From Octopus vulgaris (taxonomy: Eukaryota): 64,000 nt of DNA. The stretch is taken from positions 117,986,001-118,050,000 of the forward strand of contig OX597816.1 in NCBI GenBank assembly GCA_951406725.2. The letters are read 5' to 3'. The position numbers and the translations under genes are program-made. Below, piece after piece: positions 26,512 through 38,460 of the stretch. A model generated the notes under the pieces. The model saw only the letters and a program-made list of their open reading frames with translations. It was not told where the DNA came from and ran no database searches. Within the stretch, counting starts at the first letter, position 1, and the number at the start of each line of letters is the position of its first letter.

Positions 26512-26769
26512 TTTTTTTCGCCCTTTTCAAGCCTAGCCAGGCTCATGGACCCAGTTTCCCGGTTTCTGTGGCGTATGTGTTCCCCCCAGCTGGACGGGAC
26601 GCCAGTCCATCGCAGCGTTACTCAAGAAACAAGAAGAGAGAGTGCCGGAGCATCGTGGAGCATCGTGTTTTCGCTCAATAAACACATACAACGCCCGGTC
26701 TGGAAATCGAAACCGCGATCCTCCGACAGCGAGTCCGCTGCCCTAACCACTGGGCCATTGCGCCTCCAC
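26512..26769 (-). mobile_element. tRNA-derived SINE with TSD ACAAAGTCTTT
   Basis: Same head as the SINE at 19842. TSD at 26501-26511 and 26770-26780. Confidence 0.85.
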
Positions 26770-27846
26770 ACAAAGTCTTTACTTGCAGTAAATTGCAATA
26801 TAAGTAGTGAGCTAAACTATTTGCTGTATTATAACAGTATTTGTATACAAATTACTGTTCTGTAGCTTTAAGCTTCAAGTCTATAAAAACTTTGCTAAAA
26901 TTTACTTTTCAAATTCATCCAGTAAGCGGAACAGTGAAAATATACAAGATTCAAAACATAACTCGAAATTTAATATGTAAATTCCAGTAATGGGACTTCT
27001 ATTCTTTTTAGAAACCAGTCTTTTCTCTATATGACAAATGCAAAGTGTTAAAAATGAAAGATAATTTTTATACATTCATGCATACATGGTGGCTGTCGTC
27101 TCATTAGACACGTATGACCTTCGCTGACAAAGTATCTTATCCTAGATGTTAAAAGACAATGGTTGTCAGTGATGCCCATGCTCGCACAACGCCGTTAAGA
27201 CTCTCGTTTTCAAAGCCAAGTAATTCAGAAAGAAACAAGAGCAATATATTCGGCTTCACAATGAGGTGGATGTGTTTTTTCGGAATTTCCTTCTCCAAGA
27301 CATTTGCTTCAAAAGAAGCTTGGATATAACACTCCTACTGGCTCATCACGCGCCGGGGCGTTACATCCGGTTTTTCTATGTCCTCGCGCATACATACATA
27401 CATACATACATACATACATGCATGCATGCATAAATACATACACATGCAGCCGAATCATATGGAAACTCTAAGCGTCGTGTTATATGCGTAGGTAGTCACA
27501 TTGTCACTTCATTGCAGACTTGAAGCAACATAAGTGGGTTCAGACAAACATCTTGAGCTATGATAAGCTTGTAAATTGAAAAACAAAATATTTCTACAAA
27601 AACGCCTTCATGGATTCTTGTATGTTTGAAGTTTAACGCAACTAACACATCACAAAACACCAGAAAAGAATAAAAGAAAAATATTTTAATTAAAAGAAAA
27701 TTACTTTAGAGAAACAGAATTTGAAACTTTAAATTATAAACAAAATCAGATAAAATAAAATTTTAAACCACAGCTGAAATGTTAAAACGTAATTCAACAT
27801 ATTATAAAGGCATCATGTTGAATAGAATTGGCGGAACACTCTAAAC

Positions 27847-28250
27847 CAGGCACGTGCCGTCAGTAATTACTCAGGGTAGGCAGTTGGTGACCTTTATATA
27901 GTAAAACACACACAAAAAATATAATAAGCGAAACACAAGCGCGCGACTGAGTTGAAGGTAGATTTACTTCTGTCTTTATAGCGCGTAAAGAAAACGGTGT
28001 TACATCACGTGTACTACAGCAGTTCTATGCGTAGCTTAAATACTGAGATTGAAAGTCAGGGGCGAATTATGCCTACCTAATCTACAAACAAAAATTAAAT
28101 ATTTTGAATTTTATGCTTAGTAATCAGATTAACCTTCATAATTTTATTCAATTAGGTGTATATTTTGCCGTGAAAGGAAAATGTTGCAATCGGTCTATTT
28201 TATTCAAGGTAGGCACTGCCTACTTTGCCTACCTTTGCGGCACGTCCCTG
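27847..28250. mobile_element. hAT-type MITE (404 bp)
   Basis: TIRs CAGGCACGTGCCG / CGGCACGTCCCTG and a perfect 8-bp TSD CTCTAAAC (27839-27846 and 28251-28258). Confidence 0.88.
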
Positions 28251-28709
28251 CTCTAAACCATAAAAATTACTGTAAATGTTTACCATCATATGAACCATTT
28301 GAAAGCTGCTGTGAAGTCTACTGAGAAAGAAATTACAAGTTTAACAAGCAAGCCGAATGGATGTATGAACAACAGCAGAGATATGCAAACATTTTGAACA
28401 ATGGTAATATCTAATAAATGAGTCTGTACTGCAAAAAAAAAAGCTTCTAAAGAAACTATTAAACAGAAAATCGCTAAGCTCACCTATTATTAGTGTAGAC
28501 ATTTTATCGAAGGAATCTGATCGTAGTCTAATGTCAAGCGTACACCCAAATGACTATCAACTTAACACTTTTCTCATTCCAAACATAGCCATACTGTCTG
28601 CTCAGGCCAAACCTCATCGACCAATGGTCTGTAAAGGAAATCAAGTACATGTTATACACCAAGTGCATGAATCTGTTCGTATAGATATATTTTGCTACCA
28701 ATAATAACT

Positions 28710-28932
28710 TAGGGCGGTGAGCTGACAGAATCGTTTGCAGGCCGGGCGCAATGCTTAGTGCTATCTCATCTGCCGTTACGTTCTGAGTTCAAATTCTGCT
28801 GAGGCCCACTTTGCCTTTCATCCTTTCGGGATCGATTAAAAAAGTACCAGTTACACACTGGGGTCAATGTAATCGACTTAATTTGTTTGTCCCCTCTATG
28901 TTTAGCCCCCTGTGGGCAATAAATAAATAAAT
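28710..28932 (+). mobile_element. Nin/Deu-core SINE with a Tx1-like 3' tail
   Basis: SINE head and core followed by CCCTCTATGTTTAGCCCCCTGTGGGCAATAAATAAA. Confidence 0.8.
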
Positions 28933-29143
28933 AATATTATAACTTAAAACTCGCAGGTTAAAAAGACGTATAGAGTTGAAAAGAACAGTAACATTTAAAA
29001 GACGAAGCAGTAGATGATTGCAGGATGTTGGTTGTAGTAGTTCGGTTGGACTATACGAAAGCATTTACTTTTATACCGCACGTATGAATTATCAAAACTT
29101 TCCAACTACCGTAAGTATAATACAATATCTTGTTTTTCGGGAG

Positions 29144-29204
<61 letters not shown>

Positions 29205-29213
29205 GTATATGTA

Positions 29214-29285
<72 letters not shown>

Positions 29286-29288
<3 letters not shown>

Positions 29289-30914
29289 TTGCGGCCAAAA
29301 TGTTCAGAACGGCATTGTTTTCGTCAGAAAGGTAGATATAATTTTTTATCAAAGTTGTTTTATATTCTATAATTTTCACAGACAATAAATACAATATTAT
29401 TTGTTATTGCCTGAGATTTGGGAGTAATTTGAGAGGATAATACAAAAGTTATGAATGATTTAGTGATTTACTGCAAAACTCATGGCGGCCAAAATGATCA
29501 GAATGGTTGCTTTTACTCCGTGTTTTAGTATATTTAACCGGCGAACTCTAATGTTTTGAATTTGTTTACGTGACGGTTCGTTTACTAAACATTAGTAAGA
29601 ATATTTGCAGTGTACTTTGTTAATATAATGCCACTTACTCCGTTACCAATTCGTCAGCAGATTATTAAGCTTCGAAGGAAGGATATTTTTAGTATTGGAT
29701 CTATTGCAAAGATTGTTAACAAGTCAAAAAGTGTTGTACACGGTATTCTTAAGGTCTACGATGATTGTGGTTCGTGTGAAGCAAGAAAGTTTACAGGTAG
29801 GCCAAGAAAAACGACCAAGAGAGAAGATCGTGCTATGGTAAAGTTGGTTAAAAAAGACAGATTTAAAACTGCTGCTGCTGTTTCTCGGAAAATGAGCATT
29901 GTATTGAAGAAAACTTTATCTCGAAAAACTGTGTATCGTCGTTTAGTTGAACATGACCTACAAGCAAGAGCACCTGCAGTGAAGCCACTGATCAGCTCCA
30001 AAAATAAAAAGTGTCGTCTTACCTTTGCAACCGAAAATGTGTTGTGGTCTCAAGAAAAATGGCAAACGGTGCATTTCCGTGATGAATCTAAGTTTATGTT
30101 ATTTGGCTCAGATGGGAAAAGGTACGTTCGTAGAAAAGTAGGTGAAAAATTGTCGCCTAAATGCCTTAAGACTAGTGTTAAATTCGGTGGAAGAAGTGTC
30201 ATGGTTTGGGGTATGATATCTGGAGACGGTGTGGGCCCTTTGATGCAATTACATGGAAAGGTAAATGCAGGAGTTTATAAACAACTAGTAAAAGATTATG
30301 TCTTGACTGTGCTGAGAAATTCAACTAAGCGACCACCCATATTCATGCAGGACAATGCCCCATGTCACAAGGCTAAGGTGGTCATGAACTTCCTCAAGGC
30401 TGAAAAGGTTATTGTTATGGATTGGCCTGCTCAAAGCCCAGATCTCAATCCTATTGAAAATGTATGGAATATTCTAGGAGAACGTTCGAAAGCCAGAAAT
30501 CCTAAAACAACTGAGCAATTATGGAATGCCCTTCAGGAAGAATGGAATAAGATCACCCAGCAAGAAATTGAAAATTTAATTTCCTCATGCAGTCGAAGAT
30601 GTCAGAGTGTGATTGAAGCTAAAGGGCTTCACACTAAATATTAAATAATTTCAGTATTCTCTGTCATTTTTTATTATTTTGTTATTTTTTCAACCGTTCT
30701 GATCATTTTGGCCGCCATGGGTTTTGCAGTAAATCACTAAATCATCCATATAACTTTTGTATTATCCTCTCAAATTACACCAAAATCTCTGACAATAACA
30801 ATTAATATTATATTTATTGTCTGTGAAAATTATAGAATATAAAACTATTTTGATAAAAACTTATACTTACTTTTCTGACGAAAACAATGCCGTTCTGAAC
30901 ATTTTGGCCGCAAT

Positions 30915-30916
<2 letters not shown>
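29286..30916 (+). mobile_element. Full-length Tc1-family transposon with IR/DR-type TIRs (about 225 bp), inserted in (TA)n
   Basis: TIRs at 29286-29509 and 30691-30916, each with two copies of GCGGCCAAAATG(T/A)TCAGAA. Left flank is TA; right flank is TG. Confidence 0.95.
29628..30644 (+). CDS. Tc1 DD34E transposase, uninterrupted ORF (338 aa from the ATG at 29628)
   Basis: Paired-like HTH, GRPRKTT, FRDES, QDNAPCH and SPDLNPIE. Exactly 34 residues separate the second D and the E. Confidence 0.95.
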   Translation: MPLTPLPIRQQIIKLRRKDIFSIGSIAKIVNKSKSVVHGILKVYDDCGSCEARKFTGRPRKTTKREDRAMVKLVKKDRFKTAAAVSRKMSIVLKKTLSRKTVYRRLVEHDLQARAPAVKPLISSKNKKCRLTFATENVLWSQEKWQTVHFRDESKFMLFGSDGKRYVRRKVGEKLSPKCLKTSVKFGGRSVMVWGMISGDGVGPLMQLHGKVNAGVYKQLVKDYVLTVLRNSTKRPPIFMQDNAPCHKAKVVMNFLKAEKVIVMDWPAQSPDLNPIENVWNILGERSKARNPKTTEQLWNALQEEWNKITQQEIENLISSCSRRCQSVIEAKGLHTKY

Positions 30917-31005
<89 letters not shown>

Positions 31006-31039
31006 ATATATATACATAGATAGATAGATAGATATGCTG

Positions 31040-33790
31040 TCAAAAGGGTATCCTGTAAGATAAGAGCATATTTTTAAATAGTTTCGTCTGTAGAGAAGAG
31101 TTATAACCATGGATTTTGCAGGCGTTCCGAAACCAGTGAGACAGATGCAGTTGATGTTCCTCTCAAACAGTAGCAAATTAATGGCTGCAGGGAGGAATTC
31201 CATGTCGTTCCGAGGAAGAATAACTGAGCCAACTGTTTATGACTGTGCGAAATAGAATAAATGTGGGAAGCGAGACTTGTTGAAATGGACACGATATGGT
31301 TGACGAAAGGAGGAGAAATGTGTAAGTCAGAAAGACTTGAGTAGAAATGGTACGAGACCAACTACTTCCTGCACTATCGGGAGGGGAGAATGAGGAGTTG
31401 TTGGTGAGTGACTTTATGCCTAACAGTCAGATATCCTACTTTTGGATACGGTTTTGGATAGCTATAAGTGTAGCAGCATTATTGTCAAAATGTTGGAGCA
31501 ATATTCCATTGTATGCTTCACTTGAATTTTCTTTAAGATTAATAATTCTTGAGATTGAAGTGTTTTCTAGCACCGAAGAATATCATCCTTCATGATGCAG
31601 TTTTTGTTATGATGATGATTGTGAGTTCACCAGAAGAAAACTTCAGTAATCTTGACGTTTATCATTTGCAGTGACTTTAAAGATTCTAGTTGGCTGTTGC
31701 TCGTGCTTAAAGGTGGGATATAGTATTTTATTGATGTGCATAGTCATTATCCTTCTGCTGTTGAAAGAGACAAGATTAGCATGATCCGCTGGAGTGTTTT
31801 GAAGTCTCTGTTCATAGAGATCTCAAAATATAGAGCGTTTGAGTTCAGAAGATTAAGAGGGATGTGATGTCATAAAAGTGGACGACGTTGGAGGTGATAG
31901 CAAGGTAATCATAGTAGCATAGGAAGGAAAATGTGGAGGAACAAAACCAACAAAACCAACAAAACCAACAAAACCGACGAAACCGAACGATGGGGTACAC
32001 CAGATAAAAAATTAGATCAGAGAGTGATCCTCAGTATAGTCACAATATTTCTAACATAAAATCCTCCGATTCAGGAGACAGGAAGAAAATGGATTTCATA
32101 CGAAAGTGATCTTGTGCGTTTAGCAAGATAGATTGGATCTAACTGTTACAAAATTGTTTACACCAAATTTTTGAAGGACAAGAAATTACTGCTAAATTTC
32201 ATTGGCGGACGAAACTCCAGTATACCTTGCTTTACGGAAGACGTACTGACAGTCATTAAGGAAGAAAACAGTACCAAGTACCTAGAGAAGGGGATTGTAA
32301 ATGACTGTCTCGATCATCTTTCAGACATTGAAAGTGAGAGTGATAAGTCAATAACTTGCGTGTTTGGAAGGGCTTTTCTTCTTGAAGATAGGATACACTG
32401 TAGCGTGCTTCCAAAGATCAGGATAGATCAGGTATATAGAAAGAGGAGTTGAAACAGTTTGCGAGGGTAGAGGCTAGCTCTGAGACGTGTTGTTTGAGCA
32501 TTATAGAATAGATACTTGTTAGGGTCAGCAACCTTTTTGGTTTAATGTTGACTGCGGATGCTTTCAAACTTTTATATGTGTAAACGTTGTGGTAAGCCTG
32601 TTGGAATGAAAGATAATTTTAGAGGCGATTTACCCAATATGTGCAATGTAGAGTTAGATGCAAAATGAGCAGCAAATGTTGAAGCCTTCTCTATTGGAGT
32701 ACTACTAACAGAGCCATCATGGAGGTAGGGATGTTGATACAAAGTTGTGTAGATACTTTTTGCTAGCAATAGACTTAAAGACTCGCCAACAATTAGGGAA
32801 AAGAAGAAGTCTGTGAGCTGTGCGAGGCAAAGAAGCATCCTTTACATTTCCAGTGAGGTGCTGTAGGCGTTGCGGCAGTGAATAGAAATAGTTCAGTTTG
32901 AAAGGCAGGGGGCGATTTTTTTCCGGACGTCGTAAAATATTTTCTTTTCCTGAAAAGTACAGCTATGAATGGGCCACTTAAATTTGAACTTAAAGATTTA
33001 GTTGTGTGGGTGATGTTTCAGTAACACGTCTACTTTGTTGTCACTGAAGATAAGGGTATCTATCTACAGTCCGCGGACTATTACTAGGCCATGGATAATT
33101 TGGTACTGGGATACACAGAATTAAAATAGAAATAATATTTTAAAATTTTATTGACTATCCAGTGTGCAGGTTGTTTTTGCATTACATATGTATTATATAA
33201 GTAATGATTAAATTATATATTAAGCATTTCATAATGTAGTCTTATGCGCGTGATCCTCGAATCCATGGGAACCGGCCCGTGCTAAAAATGTTGGAGACCG
33301 CTGAGTTAAGGTTACAGTATATGTGTTTCCACGGATGGCACGAATTTGCACAGATTCGACCAACAACTAATTTGAAGTGTCATAAAGTCAAGAAGGTGAA
33401 GAGAGTTGCGTAGGGCATGGATGTGTGGTAAGTAAACGTGATCGAGTCGTGGTCGAACGACCCGATAGGTTCGGAGATGGTAATGGTTTTGTACAGGGTT
33501 GGTTTTGAGGTGAGGAAGAGAACGAAATTGCTTGGAGTACGTGTGCGTGGATCAGGAACTTGTAGAGGAGATGAGGCTAATTGTTGCAAAGAAGTGGGGA
33601 TTGCAACACATTTGGTTGCTGAATCAGCAGCATCAGTATGGAATGAATACGAGAACCATTAAAAACATTGAAGTCTCCGAAGGTGATGACTTCAGAAAGG
33701 AGTGAATTGAGATATATGTTTTGGTGCAGAAAGAGTTGGTGGTGGCTAGACAAATTCAGAGAGCTGACAACAGCTCATATATCCTGATTC
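31040..33790 (-). mobile_element. Decayed CR1/L2-group LINE ORF2 fragments
   Basis: SVSSTPIEKASTFAAHFASNSTL and endonuclease-like ITFGDFNV / PIGSFDHDSI remnants. Interrupted by a Charlie-like MITE end at ~33067-33303. Confidence 0.55.
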
Positions 33791-33859
33791 ATTTCTTTGT
33801 GTATTGTTTACAAGGGATTATTGGTGTAGTTGATTCTTCTTTTTAATAGTTCTGCTATT

Positions 33860-36080
33860 TTGTCATCATTCTCACCAAACTAGTTTTGGTGCTTACGCTC
33901 GATTTTCCCTAAAACTTCAAGTAAGGATGCATAGACAATGTCGCAGAATTTCATCCATTTGTTCTCGATTGGAAGAACTGAGTCGCTCATTGTCTCTAAT
34001 GAGCAGGTTAGTCTGCTTATTTTAGATCTGAGTTTGTTGAGATTCAGAGTAGATTTCGTTGCTTTTCTCTGAGGTCGTCTGTTCTTCATTATTTCGAGTT
34101 TGCACTTGGCTATCAATAGGCGGTGGCTGGTCCAGCAGTCAACACCAAATATAGACTTAACTACACATAAGTCACACCGATCTTTCTGATGATAAGTGGT
34201 GTAGTCAATCAAGTGCCAGTATGCAGAACGGGGGTACATTTAAGAGATGCGGTTCCAAAAAGGAAGTTTAAAGGTGTTTTTTGTCAGGAGTAACTAAATC
34301 ACAGTGCAGAACTGGAGCAGAAGTTCACCGTTGGAATTTCATTTGCCGGCTCCGTTGGTTCTTAATACATCCCACTATGTCCAGTGGTCAATTTCGACCC
34401 TGATATTGAAGTAGCCCATCAATTTGAGTTTTTCTTTTCGAGGGATGGTGGAAATGAGGGATGACAAATCTTCGTAGAACTTCTCTTTGGATGCTTAATA
34501 AACAAATGCGCCCTTTTTAAAGCCTAGCCAGGCTCATGGGCCCGGTTTCTATGGCGTATGTGTTCCCCAGCTGGACGGGGCGCCAATCCATCGCAGCGTT
34601 ACTCATTTTTGCCAGCTGAGTGGACTGGAACAACGTAAAATGAAGTGTTTTGCTCAAGAACACAACGCGTCGCCCGGTCCAGGAATCGAAACCACAATCT
34701 TACGATCTAACACCCTAACCACTAAGCCACACTCCTCCACCTTTGGATGCTTAGTCATTGATTAATGCGAGGTCATACAGAAGCTTACAAGGTTGAAAAA
34801 ATTGTTTCCTTTCGTTAGTAGTCTTATAATCATAAACTGATCATTATAGGTTTTTGGAAGATTGGTAAGAATTTTTTGCTAGGTTTTCCACTGCAAAAGC
34901 TACACCAACTTCGCGTTTGTCGTCATCCTTATTCTGCGCTGGTCTGTAGAATGAGCAGTCTATTCCATATTTCTTGAATTGTCTAGTTTCTGATAGTCTT
35001 GTTTCGCTGAGAACAGTTGTGTCAGTGTTATACCTTGATAATTCTCAACAACAACTGATCTCTTTGCAGACCTATTTGCATTGATGTTTTCAAGCGAAGT
35101 GCGTACATTCCATGCACCTAGCTTCAGTGACATTCGTTCTGCCCTAATATTTCGACTGCCATTTTGGGATCACGTCAACCGCGGTCTGCTAAACTGGAAG
35201 GAATGAATCAGTAATTTTCAGAGTCATTTATTTTGACCCTTTCATCGTTCTAGCGAGATGGGCAGTGTGTTCCAGAATAGGGCCACTCAGACACTCAGGG
35301 GTTCGCCAGAGCTCAGCACTGCTTCCTTTGTCAATGACCACTTACTTTAAGCTATCTAGTGCATGAGTTTGTGGATGACGGCTCTCCACTATCCAGACCC
35401 ACTGTCATTGTCACAGGACTTCCAAATGTATAAAACTACACTGATTTCCGCGAGATTTTTAAGGTAAAGTAAAACTGCACAGATACTATCCCCGCTCTTC
35501 TCTCTTACACTTCTGTTATCCAATGGCAAGACAAAATTAACACACCAATGAAGACACATACACAAGAGCTACCAGAATGAGACAACCATCCTGCCAACAG
35601 TAGGGATTCAGCTAATGATTTTTTTGTGTATTGACTCCTTTAACCTATGCTTAAATGAGCATAATGTACAAGGCAGCAGATGGATTTGCTTGTCTCTGAA
35701 GCTTTTTAAAATTAGGAAGCCCCTTGCACAGGGCCAACCCCATTCTCTAGACAACATATGCGTTTGCTTATTAAGTAGAACTGGTCTACATCATTAACTG
35801 AAAAGGATGTTGCAAGAGTTACATCAGAGTTTTCCTTCTCATAGAGAGATATCTCAACAAAAGCTAGGAGTCTCTTACTCTCAGATGTCGGATGGCCGTT
35901 GACTCAACAGAGTTCATCCACCTTTGACAGGTTCTGTTTTTCGTCCTGCAGCGTGTCCAACGAAAAACGTCCACGCTCCTTACCAAGCAGGCTTGTGAAA
36001 GTTGCCGGCTCAGTCGCTGACGGCCAGACCATGTGACAGGTTGTACGGGGTTGCCTGTTACCAGTAGCATTAGATATTAC
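33860..36080 (-). mobile_element. RTE/BovB-like LINE 5' portion (5' UTR plus AP endonuclease), decayed
   Basis: LKLGAWNVRT, VLSETRL, REVGVAFA, MYPRSAYWHLIDY and DCWTSHRLL. The 5' UTR contains the RTE-typical GAGAAGGAAAACTCTGA. Confidence 0.8.
34498..34740 (-). mobile_element. tRNA-derived SINE inserted in the RTE, with 13-bp TSD
   Basis: TSD CTTTGGATGCTTA at 34485-34497 and 34741-34753. Related to the SINE at 26512. Confidence 0.85.
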
Positions 36081-36263
36081 ATCCAGGATGATAAGGTGTC
36101 ATTGTTTCTTTCTTTCATACTTTTGAGGCCGACAACAGAATAATGCACTGCGCGCGCTTGCGCGAGATATATCGCAAGAGAACAAGTAGAATTGGCAAAG
36201 CTCCATCCTCGTGGTACTTATTTGCATATATGTTATTGATTAACCCAGCCATAATCAAAAGTG

Positions 36264-36330
<67 letters not shown>

Positions 36331-36992
36331 CCATTTAGCTGTTAGGTAAACCATTAAACCGATATCATCGACTCAAATAACTGTAAATTTCAAATATTTA
36401 GTGATTCGCAGCTTTCGGTGTATTTTCCAGTGTTTGATTTACTTTCCTTAGAGAGCGCCACCGTCCCAAATTTTCATTTAAACCCTCCCTTAAATTATAT
36501 TGTGTTTCCTTTGTCAAATCAGTATCAAAACCAATATTACGAGTAAAACTGAAACTTTTGATTTATGGGAAGCGAATTGTTGCCGCAAAGCTTATTTAAT
36601 TTAAGTACATTTATTTTTAAAACGAAAAGGTGATTTCTCTTACTCTCATTCAAAAACAAATCATTTATGCGATATGAACACATTATTTTAAAACTTTTAA
36701 AACGATTGACAGTAATAGTATTAGACAGTTATATTTCAATCAAAATATAATTAAAGGGAAATAACTCTAAAGGAAACCCTTTTCTCCATGGCTGCACAAA
36801 ACTTGAAAATGTTATAAGAATTGTGGAGCCTTGACTAATGAATTAAATACCATAAAGCTGGAGTTTCCCCTATATCAGTAGGACTGCATCATGCATGTTG
36901 TCAGATACTTTGCATACTATCTTCATCATCATCGTCGTTTAACGTCCGCTTTCCATGCTGGCAAGAGCGGGGTGGTTTGACAAAAGCCGGCC

Positions 36993-37540
36993 GCAAAATT
37001 TTTTTCCCCACGCGAGTTCCGGACTCAGTTATGAACTCATTTGCATGCAGCTAATCAGAGCTCAACTATCAAACTAATTTATGAGCGCATAACAAGTGAT
37101 GAGCGATAAGATAAAGTCACTTGGGTAAGGAATGACCAGGCTTCTTTTCACTTTGGATAATACTTCTTCTTGTTCTTGTTTCAATCATGGCTGCCTCTGC
37201 ATAGTTATTTGTGTTGCTGTTTACTTTGTAAAACAGTAATGGGAGATGGTTGCTAGGACATTACCCTCTACCTACATTTTTCTCATCCATATCTTTACCA
37301 TATGGGGCCCTAACAAAATCCGATAATAGTTATAGGTGCAAATCTATCTAATTACTTGTCTCCTTCTAAAATCAGGCATAACTTGGCGATCGGTCGACAT
37401 ACAACACCGTTCTTTGTTTTGAGTTTACTTGGTAGAATGTGTTTGTTAACTTGACAACAAGATCAAGGTGAGGTCTGATTGACTGCATGCAAATGAATTC
37501 ATTACAGGGGTCCCGAACACACGTGAGAAAAAAAATTCGC
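36993..37540. mobile_element. Mutator-like (MULE) MITE nested in an RTE 3' end
   Basis: Imperfect TIRs of about 75 bp and a 9-bp TSD AAGCCGGCC (36984-36992 and 37541-37549). Confidence 0.8.
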
Positions 37541-37959
37541 AAGCCGGCCAGGCAGAAGCCTGCACCAGACTTCTATAGTTATTTTGGCAGGACTTTTACA
37601 GCTGAATGCCCTTCCTAAAACCAATCACTCAGTAGAATGGACTTAGTGTTTTTTTTTTACGTGGCACAAGCACAGGTGAGGTGAGTTATGGCAAGATTTT
37701 TACAGCTGTATGCCCTTCCAAACGCCAGCCACTTTACAGTGTGGACTAGGTACTTTTAAGTGGTACCTGCACTGACAGGGTCACCAAGTACTTGCAAGAC
37801 AGAAACTATGTATACTTTTATTGCATTTCACTGTTTTTTCTCTTTCTTTCTCTTCATCCTTTACGTAAATGCCCCCACAAAAATTGTTGTCCATCTTCAT
37901 GATGTACCCTCATCTATGCTCCTATGGCTAATAAAACTACTACTACTACTACTACTAAA

Positions 37960-38460
37960 GCAGCAAGCTGGCAGAATCGTTAGCATTCAGGACAAAATGC
38001 TAAGCAGTATTTCGTCCGTCTTAATGATCTGAGTTCAAATGCCACCATGGTCAACTTTGCCTTTCATCCTTTCGATGTCAATAAAATAAGTACCAGTTGA
38101 ACAATGGAGTCAATGTAATTGACTCATCCCTTCCCCCCAAATTGCTGGCCTTGTGCCAAAATTTGAAGCTTTTTTTTCCGGCTTTGTAATTGACTTAAAT
38201 GCTCCTCCAAAACAACTGGTCTTGTGCAAGTTTTAACCCACAATGAAAGCAGTAAGCTGGCAGAATCGTTAGAACACTGGATAAAATGCTTAGCTGTATT
38301 TCTTCTGGTTCCTTACATTCTGAGTTCAAATGTCACCAAGATTGACTTTGCCTTTCATCCCTTTGGGGCTAATAAAATAAGTACAAATCAAGCACCGAGG
38401 TTGATGTAATTGACAAGTCATCAGTCAGCAAAATTTTAGGCCATGCCTATAGTGAAAAGA
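37960..38460 (+). mobile_element. Two tandem Nin/Deu-core SINEs
   Basis: GCTGGCAGAATCGTTAG...CTTTGCCTTTCATCC occurs twice. Confidence 0.75.

Noticed and set aside
35864-36118. Host-gene exon with a GTAAGA donor on the minus strand
   Set aside because: Better explained as the RTE 5' UTR upstream of the endonuclease remnants.
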